DNA of 53,659 bases, the filler included, from Squatina squatina (lineage: Eukaryota): assembly GCA_031763465.1 (NCBI GenBank). It is 3 parts of 3 records of this genome, joined end to end, with 100 filler letters (N's around TTAATTAATTAA, not from the genome) between each part and the next. Parts side by side here need not be neighbours in the genome. Positions count along the whole stretch, not along the records: positions 34,937 to 53,659 come from JARFOE010000203.1; 2 more parts are not named here. One strand, written 5' to 3'. The notes beneath the pieces were generated by a model. The model did no database searches. It saw only the letters and a program-made list of their open reading frames with translations, and was not told the DNA's origin. The position numbers were made by a program, and so were the translations under genes. Below, piece by piece: positions 35,758-50,347 of this stretch (its first letter is position 1; every line of letters begins with the position of its first letter).

Positions 35758-36116
35758 ATTATTTTTTGAACAGAGCTCATCATAATCATGCAAGAGTTAC
35801 TTCACCCAACAGTATGGTGCTGGGGTTTCTTTATTCAGGTAATAAACTGGGACTTTCACTGTTGCTCTCTGCACATGTAGTCCTATTGGGACTCAAGACA
35901 GAAAGAGAGAAAGTGAAAAAAATAAAGAACAAAATAAATGGAAAGGAAAGAGCACTGTGTAAGTGAAGCTGAGAGCTTAGGAAGCTAAGAGTCTCCAATT
36001 ACAGCGTAACATAGCTTGAGTCTGCAATATTACATACGACACAGAAACAGGCCAGTCGACCCTGCCTGTACATGCCCAAAATTGAGAACAAACTGAAGAA
36101 ATATATACCCACTGAC

Positions 36117-36262
36117 CGTAAAATTTTAAAACAAATAGGCCTCCATTTGCCATATCACTGTGGAACTTGTTAAGAATCTGATTTGAAGAACTGTATGTGG
36201 ATTCTTTAGTCGAGCTTCCACTGAACACCCCCAGCTGGGGTGCACTTTGCTGAGCTCCATCC
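36117..36262 (-). CDS. CSMD2: CSMD2-like exon (CUB domain C-terminal half)
   Basis: AG/GT flanked; (W)DGAQQSAPQLGVFSGSSTKESTYSSSNQILNKFHSDMANGGLFVLKFY; phase matches the upstream exon. Confidence 0.88.
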
Positions 36263-37130
36263 CTGAATGAAGAAAATCAAACATCAATTATCTGAGGAAA
36301 TGGGGCACACAGAGGTAAATAAAACACATGTTTCCTTATTTCTATGCAGGATGACATCTCTCAGTTTTATCAATGAATCAGGATGAGTATAAAATGAGTT
36401 TTCCTGTTTTGATCCAACACCAACTTTTTGATTTGGAGGAACTTCACTCCCATGATCTTTGCAGACACAGGAAATGGCCTGAGAGCCCAAACACACCTAT
36501 CTCCTTTTTGATGAAATCAAGTCTACCTTCCCATCTTCTCGCAATATCCTTCAATTCTTCTCTGCAGAACTGCATTTAATTTTCACTTGAAGCCATTTAT
36601 ACTGCCCACTGCATCACCCAGTCCCCACGAGACTACCNNNNNNNNNNNNNNNNNNNNNNNNNNNNNNNNNNNNNNNNNNNNNNNNNNNNNNNNNNNNNNN
36701 NNNNNNNNNNNNNNNNNNNNNNNNNNNNNNNNNNNNNNNNNNNNNNNNNNNNNNNNNNNNNNNNNNNNNNNNNNNNNNNNNNNNNNNNNNNNNNNNNNNN
36801 NNNNNNNNNNNNNNNNNNNNNNNNNNNNNNNNNNNNNNNNNNNNNNNNNNNNNNNNNNNNNNNNNNNNNNNNNNNNNNNNNNNNNNNNNNNNNNNNNNNN
36901 NNNNNNNNNNNNNNNNNNNNNNNNNNNNNNNNNNNNNNNNNNNNNNNNNNNNNNNNNNNNNNNNNNNNNNNNNNNNNNNNNNNNNNNNNNNNNNNNNNNN
37001 NNNNNNNNNNNNNNNNNNNNNNNNNNNNNNNNNNNNNNNNNNNNNNNNNNNNNNNNNNNNNNNNNNNNNNNNNNNNNNNNNNNNNNNNNNNNNNNNNNNN
37101 NNNNNNNNNNNNNNNNNNNNNNNNNNNNNT

Positions 37131-37225
37131 CATAAAGGAGGAGAGAGAGGTAGAGAGGCGGAGTGGTTTAGCAGGGGAATTCCAGAGCTTAGGGCCTAGG
37201 ACGCTGACGGCACGGCCACCACAGT
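37131..37225 (-). mobile_element. L2 fragment
   Basis: GGRAVSVLGPKLWNSP; matches 11200-11280. Confidence 0.7.
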
Positions 37226-37729
37226 GAAAGAAAGAAAAATCAGAAAACATTTATCTCAGCCTGCTTCCACTTATATTTTGTATCTTCATGTAGGTCAGTA
37301 TGACTTTCAAAACTGAGAAAAGGACTTATGCATTGGTGTGATCCTGAAATATTTTTAACCCATTGGCCTTAAAAGATTCAGGTGAGACACCCTCTGGACC
37401 TTTTATGATACCTTTTATGATTTTATGATACCTATGCTTCATGACAAAGTCTACTCCTTTCCCCTTCTCCCAGTGTATACATTTCCAATGAGGTAACAAA
37501 GTCCTTATTATATCCCTGAGGTTATCTTTAGTTCAGATCATAATGAACAAATTAGGCTATTGCTCCAAGTTTTCGTGGCAGACACCGCCCAACGAGGCCA
37601 TGTGGGTGGTAATAAATTAAATGACCTGTGCGACATTCACAGTGACTTTTAATTTATAGCTTAAATCCACCTTACACCATCCTCCTGGTTCATAGCCTTA
37701 ACCAAATCCAGAAGACGAGAACTAAAAGT

Positions 37730-37815
37730 AGAAAATGCTGGAAACACTCAGCAAGTCAGGCAGCATCTGTGAAGAGAGGAAGGGAGGGTCAACGTTTCAA
37801 GTTGATGGCCTTCAT
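37730..37815 (-). repeat. Penelope-associated terminal repeat
   Basis: GAAAATGCTGGAAACACTCAGCAAGTCAGGCAGCATCTGTG; same as 21464-21537. Confidence 0.55.
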
Positions 37816-37895
37816 ATTAATGTCAAGAATTGACTCGACTAAATAATATTGTCTGTTGCTCTGTTGCCGTCCTCACAAATGCAAACAGGGCATTA

Positions 37896-38189
<294 letters not shown>

Positions 38190-38289
38190 NNNNNNNNNNN
38201 NNNNNNNNNNNNNNNNNNNNNNNNNNNNNNNNNNNNNNNNNNNNNNNNNNNNNNNNNNNNNNNNNNNNNNNNNNNNNNNNNNNNNNNNN

Positions 38290-38490
<201 letters not shown>

Positions 38491-40442
38491 TCATATACTC
38501 AAATATAGTTTCTAAAAGCAGTAAGGAAGTCTGCCAGCAGATGGAAAGGAAACAGAATGGAAAGCAAGTAGTTTTACATGCACCCATTTGGGTCAAGGCT
38601 GATTACATGCAACTTGTCATATCAAGCCCATTCCAGTTTGGTTGATCAGCTAAGTGTTAGACTTGTACTATCCAAAGCTTCAGCAGCACAAGACCTTGTT
38701 GCATTCACGTACTGTAACTGCAAAGAAATTTGCAGACAAGTTAAGTCATGAAATCAGAGTAGCTTTTAAGAGAAAATTGGATAAATATTTGAAACAAAGA
38801 TATAAACAGCAGGGCAATGGGATTAGATTTTGATAATTTCTAGCAAAGACCAATCACATATTATGGACTGAATAACCTCATTTTGAGCTGTAAACTTTAA
38901 TTGTTCGATTTGAAGGAATGTGCAACTACGGTGGTTAAACCAAACATCTTATGTACTCAAGTAATTGGCTGCAGATTGTGGAACATAGCTTAATCAAGGT
39001 TTCTTAAAATATAATAAATAGAAAGTGATACTTTACAATTTTGCTCATACTACAAAAGATTATATATATATATTTATGTGGTCAGTTTAAGGCTATTCTG
39101 AACCATAAATACATATTTTATGCTATAACTTCCTGAGGCCCATGATTTTGTNNNNNNNNNNNNNNNNNNNNNNNNNNNNNNNNNNNNNNNNNNNNNNNNN
39201 NNNNNNNNNNNNNNNNNNNNNNNNNNNNNNNNNNNNNNNNNNNNNNNNNNNCACTCCAAACACTGCAGCACCCAATAGCGCCCCAATAGCGTCCGCATTG
39301 CGATCGCCCGGGGGTCGCAGAAATGGTTACATTTTTTGAAAGGCCCAAAAGTCCTTGGATTATAAAAACAAAACTCACTGCATATCAATCTTAAAATTGA
39401 ACAGAAAGACGCTCCAATTACAAGATACAAGCCGTAGAAACTGACAGGTGCCCTACAAATTATAAACTGTTCAACAAAGTGCTGCAAAAATTTAGTGACA
39501 TGTAAAAAATGCATGAGGAGAGATCAGGCATTTGCTTCTTTGGATGAAGCTCTAATAATTGTAACACTGACCTGGACGCTGATCCATATTGAATGCTCAA
39601 AACTGGTGGGCAGAGTTTGAGCTGACTTCCTCCCCACCCCCCATTATCATACATTTCCCTGTCGACAGACGTTGTTAGGCTCTATTGAATAACCTTTTTC
39701 CTACATCTATCTCATTAGTACTTAAGAGGGATAATTTTAATTTGCCAAAAATCTTTTTGCACAGTCATTGCTCATTGTGAATTTGTTAAAGTAACCTTAG
39801 TCCAGGGTCTAAACAGGGTTTAAAGCCTCTTATCCAGAGCAAATGTCTGTACATTTTAAAACTTAATTAATTCACTCTTCTTCATTTAAAAAAAAATCCC
39901 TAAGGCCTTCTGCATGCAGGATTATCATTCCATTTTCAGGTGGTTTTGCTGGGTCAGAGGCTGATACACAATTATCTGTTAGGCGCCCACTGGGCATGTA
40001 ATGGCTTTCCAATTCTATGTGCACTTAATCCAATTCTGAAGCATGTCAGTGGTAATGTGTCTTTGGATTGAGAAGTAGTGTTCGGAATAACTCAAAGCTA
40101 CCCTTAGCCACAATCTGTCAATTTATTAAGACAAATATATCCCCCTCTCCCTCCGCCATGAACTAGTGAGCACGTTTCCAGCATTTTTCTTCAGAAAACA
40201 TTCTTCTTGCCTATGTTTTGGTACTCAGCTACACATTTATTCTTAGAAGAAAATGTATTCACTTTTGTTTCTTTATGTAAATAATTTGTAAATGCTGTGA
40301 TTCAATCACAGGACTTTGCAATTCATCATTGTCCAATGTGACNNNNNNNNNNNNNNNNNNNNNNNNNNNNNNNNNNNNNNNNNNNNNNNNNNNNNNNNNN
40401 NNNNNNNNNNNNNNNNNNNNNNNNNNNNNNNNNNNNNNNNNN

Positions 40443-40680
40443 GTTCTAGAAGCATCCCAATTCTGGGCGTGGCGGCCATTTTGGGCGGTGTGCAGGACGA
40501 TGATATCATGGACGCCTGCCACTGCCCGACACCACGCCACCAGCAAACACCCATTGAAAGCCAGTGCAAGTCGAGGATCAATTCAGCAGCTTTGCCCCTT
40601 TGTGCCAGAAACGGGCACAACTCCACTTACGCCTGTTCTGCGCTCATTCTGCGGCTGCACTGCAAGACCAGCTGGGCCCC
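40443..40680. mobile_element. GC-rich MITE-like remnant
   Basis: GGCGGCCATTTT and TGATATCA core as in the other MITEs; ends GGGCCCC. Confidence 0.45.
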
Positions 40681-41445
40681 CATAGTCTCGAACTTTAATC
40701 TCTTATATTTTAAGCCATGAACCTTGAAAGAACCGAGGCAGGATTCATCAAATCTATGTCTTTCTTTGTCACTTCTCAATCTGCTTGTTCTAATATCTTG
40801 TGTCATCTAAAATCTCTGCACATCCAAAATCATTTTTATCGCATTGATTTTATAACTTAATAAAATAGTAATGAATTTATTCAACACATGCAGCTTGAAT
40901 AATGAGGAGGGTGCAATTCTGAACATTGTCCTGTTCAAGTATGAATGGCAGTGCATCTCCAGGAATACATTAGCTCAAAGGATGCAGTATGCGTATAACA
41001 CTCACCAATAATTCCTGATTGTTTATTTAAAGGTCATTTAAGTCTCGTGTGGCCACATCGTTCATGAATGAGGATAAGATTCTGTCACAATTGTCAACAG
41101 TGTCAGTCATTTTATTTTGTGTTTGCAACAAATGCCACTGCCAGCACTCATCGAGAAGCTGGGTGGTTAGATTTGTGCAAGCTATCAGGGAAAACGCAGA
41201 AGAGAAAATCAATTTTATTTTACTATCTTACTGTAATGCAGTGACAGTGAGACAGTTTCAGGCTCCTTGACGTCAGACAATGAAAAACAAAGGAAAATAA
41301 AACAGAAACTCTTCGATAAAACTAGCAGCAAGCTCATAAATGTTGACAAATTATAGCTTTGAAATTCAGTGCTTGCTCCGTGAGCCAAGCTCTGGTATCT
41401 GAGAATCTTTTGTAGACAATAAAACCTGCAGCAAGCAAATAATAC

Positions 41446-41655
41446 AGGGTAACACCAAGGTACCTCACCAGCTTGCAGGGTACCACCAAGGTGCAGTTGC
41501 AGGGTACCGCCAAGGTGCGGGGTACCCGAAAGGCGCAGGGTATCACCAAGGTGCAGAATCGCCCACAGCAAGGTGAACGCTACCTGCAAAGGTGCAACGT
41601 ACTGCCAGGGGGCATAGTGCCACCAGGGGTCAGGCTATAGTACCGCCAGGGTTGA
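41446..41655. repeat. Degenerate tandem repeat with ~18-bp unit (GCAGGGTACCGCCAAGGT)
   Basis: Repeated GGTACC(A/G)CCAAGGTGC units that decay rightwards. Confidence 0.7.
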
Positions 41656-41758
41656 AAAGAGCCCATGAGGTAAATCAAGAAGGGTCAAGTGACGCATGGT
41701 TTAGGTTTTAAAAATATGTAGATCTGGAGTTTGGCTTGTGTGTATTTTTTGCTGTTTA

Positions 41759-41883
<125 letters not shown>

Positions 41884-43804
41884 CTGCAAGACATGAATCA
41901 GACAAAGTAATCGGAAGGGATCACCAGGACTGTTAGCAGATGCTTTGCCGTGGGCATTACAAACTGCATCTGAAGTAAATTTAACAAAGTGCACGACAGC
42001 AAACATGTTGCCTCCAATGTGGAGCTCACTTGGTGCTCACATTGAGGTTTATTGTCACTTGCCCAATTTCATGGCTGAGACCAATTCAAAATCCTTCTTT
42101 TTAATATTACATCAGAAAATGACTGAAGCTACTTGATCTGCAAAAAAAAATAGGCTTCTGCTACTTGCACACCTCGAACAATCTACTTCACAGGTTCCGA
42201 CATTCAAAATCTATTACAGCCCACTTAGAAGAAGCAGGACTTCTAGTGCATGAATTAATACCACTTTAAGTAAACATAAAATAATTTGGTAGCGGAATGC
42301 CATGGCACGCCAATGCTCCAGGGCAAAGGTCTGCATCAGTGATCCTCTGTGCATCAGTCTCAGATCATGCCATCTGGGCAGATGTGTCAAATAGGAGTTT
42401 CTGAGGTGGGGAGGGGGCTGTGGGGAAAAAAGAGAAAAAAATCAGATGCCACGTCAGCCTGAACCATTCTTGTCGTGTCTCCTGGAGCGTAGCTGTAGAA
42501 ACATTGGCAGATTCCTGAGAATATGTCTTCTGCAGGATTAAACAGATTCAAAGAGGTTAAAGATGACTAATAGACTGTAGTTTTACTATATCACAGAAGA
42601 GAAACATGTCAAAACGGGATGTATGTGAATTAAAGTCATGCATTTTCAAGGAATTTACTAAAAGCTCCAAATATGCAGATGATCAGGATTTTGCACATTT
42701 CTCTCAGTTAAGTTTCGCCAAAATTCTGATGGCTAAGAAGGTACAACAAAATTAAACAAAAATAATTAATTAACTTCAAAGTCTCCTCTTTTACTCCTCT
42801 TTCCCCTTTTCATTTTATTTTTTTCTCTTTTATTCTCCCCAAAGTGTACAATCTGAGAGCTTCAGGAGGTTCCTTGCTTGCAGGCTTCTGCTAGTACCAC
42901 ACTTGATGTGGTCATTTAGAAAAACTCTGCATGGGTGGTCATGGTCAGCTTACTGCACCACCTTCCCTCTCTCTGGAGTGGAGTGGCAAGTTCCTCTTGA
43001 AGGTCTCTCCTCTGACAGCACTTGCCAAGGTCGTGAATTCACAACGTGGGGAAGCGCGGGCATAAGCCCTTACCACAACACCCAGGATTCGCCAACTCAG
43101 AAAACAGCTAAACACCACATTATTAAAAGTCACCTTCCATTAACCTACAAAAGTAGAAATATACTTTGATCCAACCATGTGATATGATTTCCAGTTTTTA
43201 ATAACTACAAAGCCTTTTCTCGGTGCAGTATACTGATGTGCAAAGAGTATTGAAATTCTGCGCAGTTATTAATGCAAACATTTTCTGTTACAGAATATCT
43301 GCAAAAGTTATCTTAAATTTCCACAGAGCTTAAGATTATCCTCTGGGGCAAAAATTAAATATTTTACAGGACATTTCATTTCAGTGCAAAAATGAAAACA
43401 TATTCTTCAAATGATTAATAATTTATAGGCAGCCATATACAGTATGAGCCTGGAATAATACCAATATATTAAATGTACTAAAACAATATTGTCAGACTTT
43501 AGCAATGTTTTGGGTACTTAAAGCACTCAATGTCACTAACTACCAGGCAAATTGTTTCTCAAAATGATTGTAGCTGCAACATGAAGCAGCTCAAGTGAAA
43601 ATGTAACAAGCTTGTTCTCTTGTAATTTGACCCTGTTGTACAACATTGATGCTGCAATCAACAGAAAGTTTGCAGTTCACACTTAAATGCATCGGGCATA
43701 TGAAGCAATGAGAACACATTCTCCTGTAATTGTCCCCTTGCCACGCTCTGCAGGAGAGACTGACTATTTCTTGAACAAAATTTCTTGCTCTCCCATCTTC
43801 CCTG

Positions 43805-44210
43805 ATGGCTCAGTATGTTTATCTCATGAATAGCTAAGCAAGCCTTAGAAACAAGGATGGTCCCAGGTTCAATTCTGACACTGTGCTGATCACATTTTAG
43901 CTGGCGAGACAGTAGGGACATTAAAATCAGCAGCTGCTCCCTTGGGTTAGGGAGGAGGGGAACAAAAGTCAGTGTTAATATTCCTGATACTTATCCAGTG
44001 AGCTTTGATGGAAGTGTGCGTATGCGGACATTGGGTAAGGACAGGACTGAGTTTGGCTGTTAATCTCCCACGATCAAATATGCTGCCAATGCACTCTGTC
44101 AACACTCTCACATGCATAGTGGCCACTTTGGCAAGGTACCAGAGAGTTACTGTTACCTGTGGGACTGTACCCGATTCAGGAGTCAATGTTTTGGGATGAG
44201 GAAGGGAGAA
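43805..44210 (+). mobile_element. Ancient tRNA-derived SINE
   Basis: A-box-like TGGCTCAGT and B-box-like GGTTCAATTCT followed by a ~300-bp body; family not named. Confidence 0.55.
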
Positions 44211-45741
44211 AATTGAGAGATTATAAAATAATTAAAAGTCTATCATCAAAATTTACAGTCTTTGTAAATCTATGATGTGCTAAAGTTCTAATCGTGCAAC
44301 TTTGTTTATGTATTGCATCAAAAGTGCAACCTTGCTTCACTGATGAAGCCAGACACCGAGAACGGATTACAAATAGAAAAAAAGCAGCATTCTATGGAGA
44401 TAATGCAGAAAATGCTCACGCAGTTGGGAATCACAACATCAAACACAGAACCAATTACAAATGCTAACATTTGACTCTTTTTACATAGTAAAATCATTCT
44501 GTAAAAATGAAAGCCAACATTTTCATGCATAATATTTTTTAAACAAGCAAACAAATGATTCATAGCAGTACATTTAGTATTTGTTCTAGTTTCAATTTCT
44601 CTGGGGAGGAATTAGAAAACAGCTGCTCAACATTAAGGCCTCCCAAAGAAGAAAATACAAGGTGGTGAATTAGCTTATGTAAACCTGGATGGGATGTATG
44701 GAGTTTGCTGCATAAATACATAGTTGGCCAGTATTCTAAATAGTGAGGAAATAGCTGGTTATGGTTCATCAGCAACATGAATTTGGGGGTTTTATGAACC
44801 TAGTTCTTGGGAGATAAAAGTCCACAGTACAGAATTGCCACAGACCTTACAATATAACCAAAGATCCTCAGGAAAAATAAACTAATTTTNNNNNNNNNNN
44901 NNNNNNNNNNNNNNNNNNNNNNNNNNNNNNNNNNNNNNNNNNNNNNNNNNNNNNNNNNNNNNNNNNNNNNNNNNNNNNNNNNNNNNNNNNNNNNNNNNNN
45001 NNNNNNNNNNNNNNNNNNNNNNNNNNNNNNNNNNNNNNNNNNNNNNNNNNNNNNNNNNNNNNNNNNNNNNNNNNNNNNNNNNNNNNNNNNNNNNNNNNNN
45101 NNNNNNNNNNNNNNNNNNNNNNNNNNNNNNNNNNNNNNNNNNNNNNNNNNNNNNNNNNNNNNNNNNNNNNNNNNNNNNNNNNNNNNNNNNNNNNNNNNNN
45201 NNNNNNNNNNNNNNNNNNNNNNNNNNNNNNNNNNNNNNNNNNNNNNNNNNNNNNNNNNNNNNNNNNNNNNNNNNNNNNNNNNNNNNNNNNNNNNNNNNNN
45301 NNNNNNNNNNNNNNNNNNNNNNNNNNNNNNNNNNNNNNNNNNNNNNNNNNNNNNNNNNNNNNNNNNNNNNNNNNNNNNNNNNNNNNNNNNNNNNNNNNNN
45401 NNNNNNNNNNNNNNNNNNNNNNNNNNNNNNNNNNNNNNNNNNNNNNNNNNNNNNNNNNNNNNNNNNNNNNNNNNNNNNNNNNNNNNNNNNNNNNNNNNNN
45501 NNNNNNNNNNNNNNNNNNNNNNNNNNNNNNNNNNNNNNNNNNNNNNNNNNNNNNNNNNNNNNNNNNNNNNNNNNNNNNNNNNNNNNNNNNNNNNNNNNNN
45601 NNNNNNNNNNNNNNNNNNNNNNNNNNNNNNNNNNNNNNNNNNNNNNNNNNNNNNNNNNNNNNNNNNNNNNNNNNNNNNNNNNNNNNNNNNNNNNNNNNNN
45701 NNNNNNNNNNNNNNNNNNNNNNNNNNNNNNNNNNNNNNNNN

Positions 45742-45879
<138 letters not shown>

Positions 45880-46569
45880 TTAAATATTACGCCTTAATTT
45901 AAAAATGTCTTATAATATATTAATATAACTCGTCAAATTAGCATGTCAGACAATATATACAAAGAGACAGAGGTGAGATATTATGGGAGAAATTGGACAA
46001 TCTCAATTCAAGTCCATGGCAGACACAAACTTACAGCATAAAATGGATCAATATTCAGTGCAAGATGGCACTAAAGTGTTAGTCTCATTCAATAGAGCCA
46101 CGGGGATGATTGTGGCAGGAAATGGAAATCTCACATTGGTGCATTAACGGAGGGCTGTCTGAGATTCTGCTTCAGGCAAATTATCGGAACAGAGTAGAGA
46201 AAGCTGTAACATGGATGAGACCCACACTCTTACCTAATGTAGGAATACTTAACACAGACACTCTTTACAAAACATGGGAGTGGCGGGGGGCGCGGAAATC
46301 TGGCAAGCTGCCTCTTCCAGAACCAGCCTGATTTACCTTTCATTGTAATTAATGGAAGCAAAATCAATTTGGCTCTGTTACCAGAGTGAGCTCCTTCCCG
46401 CCAGATTCTCCTTTCTGCACAACAGCGAGGCGATACTCAATGATCAGGCGGCACAGATAATGATCTATCCCAGTTCTCAGCCATCAACAGCCTTCACTCA
46501 ATGAGCAGAATATGCACCCAAATAATAAGCAAACATATGCTGTGTGAGTGACTGCAACGATGAACATAT

Positions 46570-47017
46570 GGGGCCTGAAATTGCTATCGGAGGCTTCCTG
46601 CGTGTGGATGCCTCCAATCGCAAAAAAAGTTACGCACTTCCCGAAGGGTCCTGGATCCACGGGAGTTTGCGATCTGCAGCCCCGTTGAGTTGGAGATTCG
46701 GAGCGGGGCTCTCTTGGTTCCCGGGCAAGTAAAACTGAAGAGGCTGGCGAGGTCACATGGGAGGCCCCAGCCAATCAGGTCGGTGTATCTTTTACTGAAG
46801 TTTTGACAGTTCTCAGCGATTTGTCAAGAACTGTCAAGACTTCAATAAAAGATGAAAAACATAAATACATCACAAAACATTTTTAAAACAATTTTAACAC
46901 TAAAATGCAATAAAAAGGAGATAAATGATGTATAGCCCCATAACCAGCTTTTGCGATGTCTCCCAGGTTGTATGGGAACACCATTCCCACCTGGGGACAT
47001 CGCAATTTCAGGGCCCC
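46570..47017. mobile_element. PIF/Harbinger-type MITE
   Basis: TIRs GGGGCCTGAAATTGC and GCAATTTCAGGGCCCC; TAT duplicated (46567-69, 47018-20). Confidence 0.88.
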
Positions 47018-47500
47018 TATATTTCACTCGATATTGACCTTGTAGACTTTACTTATGTGCATGATCTCCAGCGTGGCTGAATATCTAGACTTCAGATACA
47101 AGCTTTGCTTAGCTAGCTGCTCAGAACCTTAATGAGATTGTTTCAAATGGGTAGTAGGTGTTCTGGCAGACACACAAGTATTGCAGTGCTTAATGCAGCC
47201 TTAAGAAATGCAAATTCCAAATGAACTGTGTGTCAAAGTGATTTACACAGTAGGATAAGAGCAGGTTCACTGACGAAAGGTGACTGAAGGTCTCCAAGAG
47301 CTGACCTGCTTTTTTGAGCGTATCCACTGGGATGAGTAGTCAACTCGCGGAGGAAGGCAATAAACAGGTACAAATACTTCTGGGGTTCAACAAGTTCTTT
47401 CCTGCATGATCGGAGCACAGTGGGATACCTTATGTACTGCTGCCAGAATGTGGCAGACACCTTGTTCCCTGGGTACAGCACAATACTGCTTACATTTGTA

Positions 47501-47919
47501 GAGGATGAAATTCCTCTGTTGTGCGCCTCCCATTAGTGCCTCTGGGGGGGGTGTTCATAGGGCGCGAAAGTGCGGGGGGGGAAAGGGCATTACTGGCTCC
47601 CGCAAAATTGCGCGGGAGTTAGCAGAAGCATGAACGCAGTAGTGCCGCACACTGCTGGTAGCACCGCGGGCTGCTGTGCCTCTGGCGATGACGTCATCAG
47701 CGTGCACGGTGACCCCTTTTCGCCCTGCAACAAAAATTGCCCAGCACCCCATAAGCGGGTCGCACACTGGATCACACACCCATCGCGCACCGCCGTTTTT
47801 CCCCCCCAAAATCACTGGTCGGGCCACTGCCCAACAATGTCATGGAGTTCGGGCCGAGATCGTGCAGCCCAGCACTCCATTTGGGTGCCAGGCTGTGACC
47901 ACAGCACCCCTCATCCCTG
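47501..47919. mobile_element. Left end of a Harbinger-type element
   Basis: GAGGATGAAATT end; CCTCTGGGGGGGGTGTTCATAGGGCG resembles 4890-4915; palindrome GATGACGTCATC. Confidence 0.65.
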
Positions 47920-48019
47920 NNNNNNNNNNNNNNNNNNNNNNNNNNNNNNNNNNNNNNNNNNNNNNNNNNNNNNNNNNNNNNNNNNNNNNNNNNNNNNNNN
48001 NNNNNNNNNNNNNNNNNNN

Positions 48020-48490
48020 AGGAGTCGTGAGCCATGTTTCCTGTGGATAGCCTTGTCTCTGAGGAGCCAGCCTTGCATCGAATAGGGAGGATGAAATATC
48101 TCAGGCATGCCGCGTTGCCGCATGATGAAAGCATCATGAGTGCTGCCACGGTACTTGGCATCAACACTGAGGAACTTCCTGATGTGATCACAGATCAGTT
48201 GTACATTCAAGGAGTGGTACCCCTTCCGATTGCGGAAGACCTCTGGATTATGGAGAGGTGCATGGAGGGCGATGTACGTGCAATCGATGGCACCCTGCAC
48301 CCGGCTATATTGGTGAACCCTAGGGCTCACTGTTGCTGATCCTGGTGGCTATAAGGGTACGATATGTACTGCGCTTTGGTGACCTGTCTAATGGAGCAAT
48401 GCACTGCGTAATGGGATATATTGGAGATGTCACCAGTAGCACCTCGAAATGATCCATCAATGTAAAAGTTGAGTGCAATTGTTAAACGGA
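48020..48490 (-). pseudogene. Harbinger transposase fragment, same family as 8196-9125
   Basis: IALNFY..ISHYAVHCSIRQVTKA, VQGAIDCTYIAL..NRKGYHSLNVQL..GSTHDAFIM..WLLRDK. Confidence 0.9.
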
Positions 48491-48998
48491 CGATTTGATG
48501 CGGTAAGGTTTCATTAATGGGTACAGAATAATCAGTCAATAGAAACAGGCATTATTCAAGTTAGAGAATTTGCTGAATCTTCAGTTTATTCACATAGATC
48601 CTAAAATTATTGGGGCCCACTCCACTGGGGTAAACGCAGAAACCCCATCCACCCTAACCTGAAACCAGGGAATCCACCCCAAATCCGGGCGGGACTGGGT
48701 CACTTGCACATATGGGACAGGCACATCGCGCCTGCTGGAGCAATCCAGCAGTGTCAGCCCCTGAAATCAGGCTTTCCGCCCTCTCTGACCCTAAGAATTT
48801 CATGGCCTATACTCACAGGAATTAAATTCATGAGTTAATAACCTAACAGTCATTTGGTGACGACTTTGTCCAGCTCAGTATTTAAATCCTTGCAATAATT
48901 CCTTTGGTTGCTATGTTTCACTCTTGTCAAGCTTAGCCGCTGATGAGATGTGTTACACGTTAATGTTAAGGCTCAAGAAGCCTTCAAGCTTTGGTTCA

Positions 48999-49214
<216 letters not shown>

Positions 49215-50347
49215 TTAATCAATGGAATAACTCACATTCAATTCTTGACTTAGTTATCAAACAGACACTGAAGGGAAGGATTCGAGGCACAAACCAGATG
49301 AAACAAGAGAAAATCTTTCAATGAAAAAGGCAGGCTATTTATATGTAAATTAGATACCTAAATATTGAATTTTAACAATAACTTGCTTTTGCATAAAAAT
49401 GACCTGGAACAAAAACTCAGTATTCCAAGGAGTTTTCATACCTTTGATCCAGTGCAATAGCAGGATAATACATCACAATAAAATAATAGCCAACATAGAA
49501 TAGGAATCATGCTGGCTTAGAAAATTGTTTTTTTCCCCTTTGGAACCTAGACTCAAGTCCATTCCAGGCTAAAGTTCATTGGCTCCCCNNNNNNNNNNNN
49601 NNNNNNNNNNNNNNNNNNNNNNNNNNNNNNNNNNNNNNNNNNNNNNNNNNNNNNNNNNNNNNNNNNNNNNNNNNNNNNNNNNNNNNNNGGTCCTGCTAAA
49701 CAGCTTAGCGTCACGCCCGTCTCATGCCTGGAAAACAGGTACAACAATGTTGATCTTAGACTCCAGTGGGTGGGGAATTCAAACCCACAGTGGGAGTATG
49801 TTGGAGATTTAAGAGATAAGAAGCAAATCCATTACAAGTTAATTATTTTATTAATTTAAATAAACATTGCAATGGAGGAAATTGAATCTTTTAAGACTGA
49901 GCTGTGGAAAACTCGTGTACCACAGGCTCATATTATTATTGTGTTTAATGGTTCCATCAGTCCAACTAGCACTAAATACAATAATAACAGTGCAATTCCA
50001 TGGTTCCCGAGTCACAGCCAAAGGCACAGTGGTACTTGACTTGAAGTGCTTCATTTTTTTTAATCTGTGCAAATCTGCCACCAATAGGCTCTCCAGCAAA
50101 CTCATTTCCACAGTTGTTAATTGCAAGTGAGTGGTACACCCAAGCAAAACTGTTAACAGGTACTGATGCGAGAATGGTTCAGATTCTATTCAAAAATAGA
50201 CAAACACTTCCTGTGTTTACTTCTGTGGATACCTCATGAGTATTCATNNNNNNNNNNNNNNNNNNNNNNNNNNNNNNNNNNNNNNNNNNNNNNNNNNNNN
50301 NNNNNNNNNNNNNNNNNNNNNNNNNNNNNNNNNNNNNNNNNNNNNNN

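Noticed and set aside
36587-37250. Long ORFs spanning N runs (also 44800-45879)
   Set aside because: Length is an artefact of ambiguous bases
41446-41655. CRISPR-like array
   Set aside because: Vertebrate intron, adjacent degenerate units, no unique spacers, no cas genes
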